From an uncultured Verrucomicrobiota bacterium (GTDB lineage: Bacteria; Verrucomicrobiota; Verrucomicrobiia; Limisphaerales; J093), in NCBI GenBank assembly GCA_964411985.1, contig CAYPNF010000016.1, positions 26,725 to 90,724 of the forward strand: 64,000 nt of DNA, given 5' to 3'. How positions within the stretch are numbered: the stretch's first letter is position 1; the number at the start of each line of letters is the position of its first letter. A program made the translations under genes and the position numbers. Of the stretch, positions 9,742 to 18,800 are shown piece after piece. The notes under the pieces were generated by a model, which searched no databases, was not told the DNA's origin, and saw nothing but the letters and a program-made list of their open reading frames with translations.

Positions 9742-9918
9742 TCAGGTTCCAGTGCCGCGTTCCATCCAGTACGCGGCACTGGCAAACCAGACTACGGTCA
9801 CCATCCACATCGCCGTCTTCAGTTGGTCCAGGGCTATCCGATCGACGAAGAAGAGACCAGAGAGTACCAGGATCCCGAGCAGGGCGAGCGCAGAGGCGGT
9901 TTGTGCCAGGCGTTTCAT
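9742..9918 (-). CDS. Small (58-aa) two-TM membrane protein, possibly an accessory subunit of the upstream permease
   Basis: The ATG at 9918 overlaps the permease stop in an ATGA arrangement. The product MKRLAQTASALALLGILVLSGLFFVD...MWMVTVVWFASAAYW has two hydrophobic helices. Its 3' end coincides with a strong hairpin, which weakens the call. Confidence 0.4.
   Translation of the reverse strand: MKRLAQTASALALLGILVLSGLFFVDRIALDQLKTAMWMVTVVWFASAAYWMERGTGT
9749..9782. terminator. Candidate bidirectional hairpin between the convergent ferritin and permease operons
   Basis: Perfect 11-bp inverted repeat CCAGTGCCGCG (9749-9759) / CGCGGCACTGG (9772-9782) with a 12-nt loop. There is no U-tract on either side. 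It lies inside the last codons of the putative small ORF 9742..9918. Confidence 0.3.
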
Positions 9919-11360
9919 GGTGAGGTGTCCCGTTGTGGCTGAATTGGAAGCGCGGGCGCGGAGGGTTGGATCATCTTGCTGAGTCCGATATAGAGGAACG
10001 TGGCGGCAAACCAGCCTGGTAGGCTTACAAAGTAGATTTGCACGCCCATCTTCAGCACGAGAAACGTACAGATTCCCACGGTGCAGAGCCAGGCACCGGC
10101 GGCTGCCCAATTCAAAGAGACTCGCCCCCGGAGCGCATATTCGGACTGCATCCCCAGCTTCGGAAGGATCCAGAAATCGCTAAAAATCACCGCGCCCATC
10201 GGCATCAGGATCATTCCCCATAGGGCCACGAAATCGAGGAGCTTCATCGTCACCAGTGGGAAAACGGCGGTTACGGAAGCCACCAGGCCGAGGATGAGGG
10301 TGACGCGGAAACGCGACGAGCCAGGGAAGATGGCCTGGAACGCCAAGCCGGCGCGGTAGAGGGTGGGGTTGGCCGTCGTCCAACCGGCAAAGATCACACA
10401 GAGCAGGCCGGCAACGCCGCAGGCCCGATAGGAGAGTGGGCCTGGGAGCACGGTCGTATTCCCGGGCTCCTGCTGCATCTGCAGGGCATAGAGAATGGCC
10501 GCGGAGATCCATGCCATGAAATGCCCCACGTACATTCCCGCCGCCGAAGCCAAGCCGTACCAGGACTTTCGGGCGAAACGAAAGACGGAGAGGTCCGCCA
10601 TCCCGATGTGCCAGGCCATGTTGCAGAACCAAGCAAAGAACATTACGTGCCAAAACGTGAACTTCACCTGGCCGGGCAGAGGATCTCCGCCCTTCCAAAT
10701 GGTGTTCTGCGCCACCTGCCAGAAGTCTCCTGGTGATTTCATCCCCAACTCGCGGAGACCCACGATACCGAACGCCACGAAGACCACGATCATCCAGGGG
10801 GCGGCAATATTGGCGAACCTTGCGACGGACCGGTAACCAGACGCCGCCACGATGGAAAACACCGTGCCGATCGCCAACACGGCCACGACCCAGCCCACGC
10901 TGTTAGGGAAAACTTCTCCCAATCCAGGCATGCGGAATCCAAACCAAACACCGAACGCGGTCGCGGTCACCGTCATCATGGCCCCCGCGAGGAAGGTGAA
11001 CATCACCCCGTTGGCGATGTTGTAACTCACCACCAGCCGCCTCCCGCAGATTCGCTCCAGCTGATAATAGAGTGTCAGACGCGCCCGCACGGCGATCGGC
11101 GCCGTCATGAACGTCCAGCTCAGCACCGCCAGCAGATTCCCCAAAAGAAGACCGGAGATCAGATCGAAAGCTCCCACACCTGAGGCTACGAAAAGCGGGC
11201 CGATCATCAGCTCGGTGCCAGCCACGTGTTCGCCCGCATACTGGCCGACGAAACTCTTCAACCCGAGCAGAGCCCGCTCGGGCACAGTTTCCCGCTCGAA
11301 TTCCTCGACCGCACCGGCGGTCGCCTCTGTACGGATTGGGGTGGAATGATTCTCAGGCAT
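9915..11360 (-). CDS. NCS1-type (purine-cytosine/hydantoin permease family) secondary transporter
   Basis: 481 aa with ~12 TM segments. Family-like blocks: FVGQYAGEHVAGTELMIGPLF and NMAWHIGMADLSVFRFARKSWYG. Family assignment is from motif memory. Confidence 0.6.
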   Translation of the reverse strand: MPENHSTPIRTEATAGAVEEFERETVPERALLGLKSFVGQYAGEHVAGTELMIGPLFVASGVGAFDLISGLLLGNLLAVLSWTFMTAPIAVRARLTLYYQLERICGRRLVVSYNIANGVMFTFLAGAMMTVTATAFGVWFGFRMPGLGEVFPNSVGWVVAVLAIGTVFSIVAASGYRSVARFANIAAPWMIVVFVAFGIVGLRELGMKSPGDFWQVAQNTIWKGGDPLPGQVKFTFWHVMFFAWFCNMAWHIGMADLSVFRFARKSWYGLASAAGMYVGHFMAWISAAILYALQMQQEPGNTTVLPGPLSYRACGVAGLLCVIFAGWTTANPTLYRAGLAFQAIFPGSSRFRVTLILGLVASVTAVFPLVTMKLLDFVALWGMILMPMGAVIFSDFWILPKLGMQSEYALRGRVSLNWAAAGAWLCTVGICTFLVLKMGVQIYFVSLPGWFAATFLYIGLSKMIQPSAPALPIQPQRDTSP

Positions 11361-11366
11361 GTCTTT

Positions 11367-11681
11367 TCAATCCAGATGGAATACTTGCTGCAGATCGACA
11401 CATCGCGGCGATTGATCAGGATTGGTCTCCATGAGCGGTGCCATGTAGGCCCACCATTTCTTCATCACCGGATGGTCGGGCAACCCCGCGGTGCAGTCAG
11501 GGTGGGTTCTCCTCTGCACGGCGAAGAGAACTAGGCTGGCTTCATCCAGGAATATGGAGTAATCCGAAATCCCGGACTCGCGTAACAACACCACTAGCTC
11601 AGGCCAAATGGCATCGTGACGGCGCTTGTACTCCTGCAGGGTGCCAGGCCGCAGTTTCATGGTAAATGCATGCAGGCTCAT
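11367..11681 (-). CDS. rhaM: L-rhamnose mutarotase family protein (DUF718)
   Basis: MSLHAFTMKLRPGTLQEYKRRHDAIWPELVVLLRESGISDYSIFLDE...MKKWWAYMAPLMETNPD matches the RhaM pattern. The ORF is open to 11717, but ATG 11681 gives the canonical length (104 aa). Confidence 0.75.
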   Translation of the reverse strand: MSLHAFTMKLRPGTLQEYKRRHDAIWPELVVLLRESGISDYSIFLDEASLVLFAVQRRTHPDCTAGLPDHPVMKKWWAYMAPLMETNPDQSPRCVDLQQVFHLD

Positions 11682-11710
11682 GGGATTGGGTGATTCTAGA
11701 GAGTTGGAGG

Positions 11711-12115
11711 TCAGCAAACGGTTGGCAGGTAGGAGATTCGCAGGCCACGAGCCCTGTGCAGCGGCTTCCCCGGTTTTTCGGCCGTGATGAATTCATCGCA
11801 CCTCAAGGCCTTCGCCGCAGCGATATGGATCGCATCCACCGCTGTCAAAGGAACTATGCTTGCTTCCTTCAACGCAGATTCCACAAGGCTCTCGTCCACC
11901 TCGCACCATTCCGTGACTTGTTCGAAGTAGGCTGACAGAAACTCCAATTCCTTCTTCCTCCTGTGAAAAGTAGGTTGAGGCAGCAACTCCAGCTTGAGGA
12001 AACTTGCCGCAACGAACTCGCGGGAGGGGTCTTCCAGCAACACGACCGTCTTCTCCCCATCCACCCCATGCACAGCTTGGATGAGCACCGAGCTGTCGAG
12101 ATAGGTGCGCTTCAT
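11711..12115 (-). CDS. vapC: PIN-domain toxin (VapC-like)
   Basis: 134 aa. N-terminal YLDSSVLI (first acidic PIN residue) and later TAVDAIHIAAAK..CDEFITAE. Its start overlaps the stop of the upstream antitoxin ORF by 4 nt. Confidence 0.7.
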   Translation of the reverse strand: MKRTYLDSSVLIQAVHGVDGEKTVVLLEDPSREFVAASFLKLELLPQPTFHRRKKELEFLSAYFEQVTEWCEVDESLVESALKEASIVPLTAVDAIHIAAAKALRCDEFITAEKPGKPLHRARGLRISYLPTVC

Positions 12116-12378
12116 CGCTCGCCCCTTCGTCGTGAAACCTCCTGCCTGACTTCCTCAAGGGAGAGGGCTCGTCCTCCGCTGGCCTGATACTCCAATCGAG
12201 CAGCCAGGAGTCTTTGTCCCAGTGCCGTGCGCGGTTTCACGGGCTGGGCCTGCTCCCGGTGCAGTTTCTCGTCGATGGCGTTTCTTACCCAAGCGCTTCG
12301 GTTCGACTTGGCGCACAACGCCGAATGTTCCTTGGCTGGCAACCGGATGGTGAGGGATACCAACTCCGTCTTACTCAT
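12112..12378 (-). CDS. vapB: Ribbon-helix-helix (CopG/VapB-like) antitoxin
   Basis: ATG at 12378 gives the 88-aa product MSKTELVSLTIRLPAKEHSALCAKSNRSAWVRNAIDEKL..., with an RHH beta-strand plus helices. The ORF is open upstream to 12498, but that extension is Arg/Pro-rich and unconvincing. Confidence 0.6.
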   Translation of the reverse strand: MSKTELVSLTIRLPAKEHSALCAKSNRSAWVRNAIDEKLHREQAQPVKPRTALGQRLLAARLEYQASGGRALSLEEVRQEVSRRRGER

Positions 12379-12572
12379 AGCGTAAGACTCTACCTGCTGG
12401 GGATGGCCACTGCAAGAAGGAAGGTTCGGGCGACCCTCGGACACCGAAGGGTGCCGAGGCAAACGAGGTCGAATGTCACCCTTCGGCCTGCCCCTCAAGC
12501 GTAGGTCATTCCCTTTTGCACCAAAGGTTTAGCTTCCTCACCTTCTTCTGGATGATTCGCCCACACCCCACT

Positions 12573-14258
12573 TCAGCGTTTGGGACCCGAGGGCGATGGG
12601 CGCGCTGCTCGAAACTCCGACCCGGGTTTCCAGGCGGGCCATTCTCGGTTGTTGGCAACCGTGCGCCCCACCGCAATCATCAGGTCCAGATCCTCCACTG
12701 CTCCTTCCAGGGTCCAGTCCGGCCTGACGACATCGGTCACTTTGTGATAGTCGTTCTGAACGTACTCATCGCGCTTTTTTTCGCCGTACCCTTTGGGCTG
12801 GCCGAGGAAGTCGAGTCCGTTGTGAAAGTAGAGGGAGGGAATACCACACTTGGCAAACTCGAAATGGTCTGCACGGAAGTAACCTCCTGTTTCGGGCTTG
12901 GGGTCGGGAAGCGTGACCCGTCCTTGTTTGGCAGCCGCCGCCTGCAGAAGGTCTTCCAGCGTGCTATTGCCATGGCCCACGATGGTAAGATCACGTGTCC
13001 GTCCATACGGGTTCAGGCCATCCATGTTGAGCACCGCCACGGTCCTGGCCAAGGGATACAACGGGTGAGTTGTAAAGTACCTGGCCCCCAAGAGACCCTT
13101 CTCCTCTGCCGTTGGAGCCAGGAAGATCAGAGACCGCTTGGGTGCTTTTCTGGCCTTTTTGAACTCCCGGGCGATCTCGAAGAGCCCAGCCACGCCAGTC
13201 GCGTTGTCCAAGGCGCCGTGGTATACGGGATCTCCGGTCAAACTCGGATCCTTACCCAGGTGGTCCCAGTGGGCAGAGTAGATCACATATTCGTCACGCA
13301 GTTTCCGGTCGGATCCCGAGATTTTGGCAATCCCATTTCGGGAGGTAAGCTCGCGCAGAGTGTTCTTGACGGAGAAGCTGGCTTTGCCGCCCAGAGGGAC
13401 GGGCTGAAACGTGGGACGGCAAGCCGCCTTTTTCAGGGCGTCGTAATCGTACCCCGCAGCCCCAAGGAGTTTCTGCGTCTGGTCCTTGGTGATCCACCCT
13501 TCGACGGCGACGAGTTCCGAATTCCCGGTCGGAGACTGCAGTTCGATCTTTTCCCCCGTGTTGCTGTTGATCACGACGGTAAAGGGGTAGGCCGCAGCCT
13601 CGTTTTCGTGAACAATCAGGGCGGCGGCGGCCCCTTTCTGGGCGGCGATCTCATACTTGTAGGTCCACCGCCCGTAATAGGTCATCTCGCGGCCCTTGAA
13701 GGTGCGCGGATCCAGCTGCTCAGGATCCAACGGGTCTGGGACCTGTGGATCGCCGACGAGCATGACGATCGTCTTACCCTTAACATCCACCCCCTTGAAA
13801 TCGTCCCACCCGTACTCGGGAGCTACCACGCCATACCCGACAAAGACCACTTGAGAATCCTGGACCTGCACCTCGGAAACGAAGCGCCGGGACCAAAGTA
13901 CACAAGTGGACGGAGTGACGAACTCGCCGCGTTGGTTCCCCACGGCATAGGAACCCCTGGCCTGGCTGGTGATCCCCATCATCGGGACTCGTTGCACAAA
14001 CGTTCCATCTGGGTTGCCCGGCTCCAGGCCCAGCTTCTGGAATTCGTTCACCAGGTAGGCAATGGTCCGCTCCTCTCCTGCAGTACCGGGAGCCCGTCCC
14101 TCGAATTCATCGGATGCAAGGATGCGAGTGGCCTCCAAGAGGCGGCTGGCGCTGACCCCAGTTGGGGAGGCAGCCCTTGCCTGCGGAAGGAGGTGCAGAA
14201 TCGACACCGCTACGAGGGCCATCAGGTAACCCATTGGACGGGCAAGACGGATCTTCAT
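12573..14258 (-). CDS. Secreted M28-family aminopeptidase with an inserted PA domain
   Basis: Zn-ligand blocks YSAHWDHLG, HGALDNATGVAGLFEIA, FLAPTAEEKGLLGARYF and YFRADHFEFAKCGIPS. The ATG at 14258 gives a signal peptide (MKIRLARPMGYLMALVAVSILHLLPQARA). The ORF is open to 14387. Confidence 0.85.
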   Translation of the reverse strand: MKIRLARPMGYLMALVAVSILHLLPQARAASPTGVSASRLLEATRILASDEFEGRAPGTAGEERTIAYLVNEFQKLGLEPGNPDGTFVQRVPMMGITSQARGSYAVGNQRGEFVTPSTCVLWSRRFVSEVQVQDSQVVFVGYGVVAPEYGWDDFKGVDVKGKTIVMLVGDPQVPDPLDPEQLDPRTFKGREMTYYGRWTYKYEIAAQKGAAAALIVHENEAAAYPFTVVINSNTGEKIELQSPTGNSELVAVEGWITKDQTQKLLGAAGYDYDALKKAACRPTFQPVPLGGKASFSVKNTLRELTSRNGIAKISGSDRKLRDEYVIYSAHWDHLGKDPSLTGDPVYHGALDNATGVAGLFEIAREFKKARKAPKRSLIFLAPTAEEKGLLGARYFTTHPLYPLARTVAVLNMDGLNPYGRTRDLTIVGHGNSTLEDLLQAAAAKQGRVTLPDPKPETGGYFRADHFEFAKCGIPSLYFHNGLDFLGQPKGYGEKKRDEYVQNDYHKVTDVVRPDWTLEGAVEDLDLMIAVGRTVANNREWPAWKPGSEFRAARPSPSGPKR

Positions 14259-14368
14259 GCTTCGGGATCCATTATCGTCGATTCTGCCGGTGGTTGTCAC
14301 ACTCAATCGCCGTGCTTGAAGCAGTCTGCTGGAACGTCGTAGGCTGCTCCACCTGGAAGAACCGTTGC

Positions 14369-15781
14369 ATGAACAAAGAACGCTCACTCTGGTCCGCCAC
14401 TGCCACCGGGCTACTCGCCGCTTTGGTGCTCTGCCAAAACCTATGCGGTGGTGAGTCCTGCGAGGTGTGGCTCACCGCACCTGCAGGAACAGCCCGGTTC
14501 GAAAAGCAACCAGGCCAACTCACCTTCACTTCCATCACGAACAGCCTCCCCATCATCGAGGTGAATGAGTCAGAGCGCTTTCAGGTCATGGAGGGTTTTG
14601 GCTACACCCTCACTGGGGGTAGTGCCCAGCACATTATGGGGATGAGCGTCCCCGCCCGGGCCGCGTTGCTGCGGGAGCTCTTTGCCACCGATTCCACCAA
14701 CATTGGCGTGAGCTACTTGCGCGTCAGCATCGGCGCTTCGGACCTGAACGACCACGTCTTTACCTACAATGACGTCCCGCCAGGCGAAACCGATCCCGAG
14801 CTATCCCGGTTCAACCTGGGGCCGGACCTGACGGACGTGGTTCCCGTCTTGCGCCAGATCCGCGAGGTGTTTCCTGAACTCAAGATCCTTGGTTCGCCGT
14901 GGACAGCTCCGGGTTGGATGAAAACCAACGGAGATTTCCGGGGCGGCAGCCTCAAACCCGAGTATTTCTCCGTGTACGCGCGATACCTGGTGCGGTATGT
15001 CGAAGCCATGAAGGCCGCGGAGATTCCCATCGATGCCGTCACGCCGCAGAACGAGCCGCTGCATCCCGGGAACAACCCCAGCATGTTCATGACCGCCTCG
15101 GACCAGGCTGACTTTATCAAGAACCACCTAGGGCCTGCCTTCAAAGCCGCCGGGCTGGCGACCAAGATTATCTGCTATGACCACAACGCCGACCGGCCCG
15201 ACTATCCTCTCGCGATTCTGAATGATCCTCAGGCGAAGCCCTTCGTGGCAGGATCGGCCTTTCATCTCTATGCCGGGCGCATCGAAGCCCTTTCCCAGGT
15301 GCATGATGCGCATCCTGATAAAGGTCTGTACTTTACCGAGCAATGGATCGGAGCCCCGGGCAATCTTCGCGGGGATCTTTCCTGGCATACGCGGAATCTC
15401 ATTGTTGGGGCCAGCCGCAACTGGTGTCGCACAGTCCTGGAATGGAACCTTGCGGCCGATGCCCAGAATCGGCCACACACCGACCGCGGCGGATGCGACC
15501 GTTGCCTCGGTGCGATCACAATCCAGGGGGAAACGGTAACTCGGAATCCTGCCTACTACATCATCGCTCACGCCTCCAAATTCGTCCGCCCCGGTTCGCT
15601 CCGGATCGGGTCCAGCTTGCCAGCTTCTTTACCCAACGTGGCTTTCCGAACGCCGCAGGGCCGGAGGGTATTGGTGGTGCTCAACCCAGGGCCCACTCCG
15701 CAGACCTTCCAGATCCGCCACCAGGGGCAATCTATTGTGCCAACCCTGCCAGAGAGCGCCGTGGCTACGTACGTTTGGTAA
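14369..15781 (+). CDS. Glycoside hydrolase family 30 (glucosylceramidase / O-glycosyl hydrolase-like)
   Basis: GH30 blocks: FQVMEGFGYTLTGGSA, VSYLRVSIGASD, ILGSPWTAPGWMKTNG, AVTPQNEP, YFTEQW. Signal peptide follows the ATG at 14369 (MNKERSLWSATATGLLAALVLCQNLCG). Confidence 0.8.
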   Translation: MNKERSLWSATATGLLAALVLCQNLCGGESCEVWLTAPAGTARFEKQPGQLTFTSITNSLPIIEVNESERFQVMEGFGYTLTGGSAQHIMGMSVPARAALLRELFATDSTNIGVSYLRVSIGASDLNDHVFTYNDVPPGETDPELSRFNLGPDLTDVVPVLRQIREVFPELKILGSPWTAPGWMKTNGDFRGGSLKPEYFSVYARYLVRYVEAMKAAEIPIDAVTPQNEPLHPGNNPSMFMTASDQADFIKNHLGPAFKAAGLATKIICYDHNADRPDYPLAILNDPQAKPFVAGSAFHLYAGRIEALSQVHDAHPDKGLYFTEQWIGAPGNLRGDLSWHTRNLIVGASRNWCRTVLEWNLAADAQNRPHTDRGGCDRCLGAITIQGETVTRNPAYYIIAHASKFVRPGSLRIGSSLPASLPNVAFRTPQGRRVLVVLNPGPTPQTFQIRHQGQSIVPTLPESAVATYVW

Positions 15782-15848
15782 ATGCGATTGGAAGTTCACG
15801 TTCCGCGCTTGGCAAGACGCTTCCACAGGCTAGGCTTTCCCGGATTTG

Positions 15849-18800
15849 ATGAACAGACGCTGGTCCGATAACGGTCTCCTGCCGTCGCCAATCGTGGCGT
15901 TGGTGATACTCCTGCTTGGGTTCCTCCCTCCGGTGGGATTGGCCGCGCTGTCCGAAGCCGGGGAGCCCCTACCCTCCCTGGAATCGGTGATTCCAGATCC
16001 CGACTCCTCGTTACGAGAGCTTTATGCCATCGAAATCGAGTTTTCCGAGCCGGTCCAAGGCGTCGATGCTTCGGACCTGCTGATTTCGGGTTCCCCTGCC
16101 ACGAATGTCTTTCAGGTTGAACTGCAGCGATACCTCTTCTCTTTTCCTCAACCCACGGACGGGCTGGTCACGGTATCCTGGGCCAAAGAGCATGGCATCG
16201 CGGACACCAGCGGCGTGAGGGCTTTTGCCGGGGACACCTGGAGCTATACGCTGGCTTCCCTCACTCCGCCCACCGGGGTTTCGATCACCGAGTTCATGGT
16301 CACGAATAGCCTGACGCTCGCTGATGAGGATGGGGAACACCCGGCCTGGATCGAGCTGTTCAATGCGTCCACAACCACGGCGAACCTAAAGGGCTGGTTT
16401 CTCACGGGCGATCGCGACCAACTGACCCGTTGGCGGTTCCCCAACGTGAGCATTCTTCCCGGAGACTACCTCCTGGTGTGGGCCTCAGGTAAGGACCGTA
16501 CGAATATCTTCGGTCCGTTACACATTAATTTCCGCCCGCTGGCCAGTGGCGGCTACCTGGCTTTGGTCAACTCCAGCACCAACATCGTCTCTGATTTCAA
16601 TCCCGGATATCCTCCCCAGGCGCCTGACATAAGCTATGGACGCGCCCCCGGCGCTCCACACGCACTGGGTTACTTCACTCAGCCGACTCCCGGCAAGGGC
16701 AACAGTTCGCGCGGTGCCGGATTCACGTCGCCAGTCTCTTTCAGCCGAGCAAGTTGTACTTTTACCCAGGCCTTTCAACTCACCCTCACCACTTCCGACC
16801 CTAAGGCCCAGGTCCGCTATACCCTCGACGGGAAGATGCCCACGACCGCATCAGCACTCTATACGGAGCCGCTCGATATCACCGCAACGACCCAGGTTCG
16901 TGCGCGCGCATTTCGGGACGGCACGCTCCCCGGGCCTCCACGCACGGAAGCGTACCTGCAGTTGAGCGCTCCGGTTCTTCCGTTCCGTTCGGATCTGCCG
17001 GTGGTTCTTCTCCACACCATGGGCAAGGGAAGTCCGAACGCCAGTACTTTGACCCCTGTCCGCATCTCGGTTCACGAACCGTTTTTGGGACGCTCCTCCC
17101 TGGACCATCCGGCCACCCTCAGCCAGAGCGGAGGAATCAAGCTGCGAGGTTCGAGTACCCAGGGCCTGTCCAAATCGAGTTACGCCCTGGAACTCTGGGA
17201 CGAGTTCGGGCAGGACGAAGATCACTCTTTGCTGGGTCTGCCCGAGGATTCCGACTGGATTCTGTACGCCCCAAACATCTACGAACCGGTGATGATTCAC
17301 AACCCGTTCGTCCACCAACTCAGCCGGGAAATGGGCCGCTACTCTCCCCGTACGCGGTTTGTGGAGGTCTACCTGGTGCGCAACGGGCAGGTTACCACGG
17401 CAGCGTACAACGGCATCTATGTCCTGGAGGAAAAGATCAAGATCGGAAAGAACCGCGTGGCGATCGACCGGCTTCAGCCTGAGGACTTGAGCCAGCCAGC
17501 CGTAACCGGCGGGTATCTCCTGAAGATTGACCGGTTGGATCCGGGCGATGGAGGGATCAGTGCGGGAGGGACAACATTGGCTTATGTCGATCCCAAAGAG
17601 CGCGAGGCGGAACTTCCCCAAAGGGCTCCCCAGCTCAACTACCTCCGCAGCTATTTCAACTCCTTTTCCGCCGCCTTGAACGGCAGCGCCTGGAAAGACC
17701 CGACCCGGGGCTACGCGGCGTACATCGATGTGGATGCCTGGATCGATTTCCACACTCTCGAGGTTTTGAGTGGCAACGTGGATACGCTCGTCTTGAGCAC
17801 CTACTTCCACAAACCAAGAAATGGAAAGATCGTGTTCGGGCCCCACTGGGACTTCGATCGAGCGCTGGGTTCCACCGACGGGCGCGACGCCAATGCGCGC
17901 GTTTGGTCGACCGGCCCGTTCTTCTCCGCCACTTGGTGGAGCCGCCTGTTTACGGACCCGGACTTCTGGCAGCGCTGGGTCGACCGCTGGCAGCAGTTGC
18001 GTCAGTCGACATTCTCGGAATCGCACCTGTACGGTTTGATCGATCAACTGGCCAATGAAGTGCGCCAGGCCCAGCCACGCGAAACCGCGAAATGGCGCAC
18101 GGCACTGCGAGGCGGTTCCTTTCAGTCGGAGGTCAACCTGATGAAGAAGTGGGTTTCCAATCGGGTCGATTTCATTGATCGCCAACTCACTCAACCTCCC
18201 CAGCTCTCCTCCACCAATGGCGTCATCCAGCCCAGCTACTTGATTTCCCTCACCAAACCCACGAATGCGACGGTCTATTTCACCCTCGATGGATCAGACC
18301 CCCGAGCCCCAGGAGGCAGCGTCTCCTCGGCCGCCAGGGTTTATTCCAACCCCTTCATGGTGATTACCAACGCCCGGGTCGTGGCTCGCGCCCGAGATCA
18401 AGCCAAGAAGCAGTCGGGAGGCCCTCCGGTATCCACTTTCTGGTCCAGCCCGGTTGCCGCCACCTATCTTCTCCAACCGGCGAAGGTGATCCTTACCGAA
18501 GTCATGTTCCATCCCGCCCCCCCGGCAGCCGGCACCAATACCGTGGATGATTTTCAGTACCTGGAGTTGAAGAATGCCGGTTTGGAAGCGGTGAACCTGG
18601 TCGGGTACTCCCTTACAAACTGCATTACGTTCGCCTTCACCACCGCAACCCCGGTGAGGACGCTTCAGCCGGGGGAACGCTTGCTCGTGGTGAACGACCT
18701 CGCAGCCTTCCAATCACGCTATCCATCGGCAACTGGCATCGCCGGAGAGTTCGTGGGGAATCTGAACCACGGCTTGAATCGGATCACGCTGCTCGGTCCT

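Noticed and set aside
12516-14342. 608-aa ORF on the + strand
   Set aside because: It is exactly antisense to the M28 peptidase gene, which has clear zinc-ligand motifs. The translation is Gly/Arg/Pro-rich with no motifs, a typical high-GC mirror ORF.
16851-18194. 447-aa ORF on the - strand
   Set aside because: It is antisense to the CotH core of the 15849..20339 gene. No motifs were recognised.
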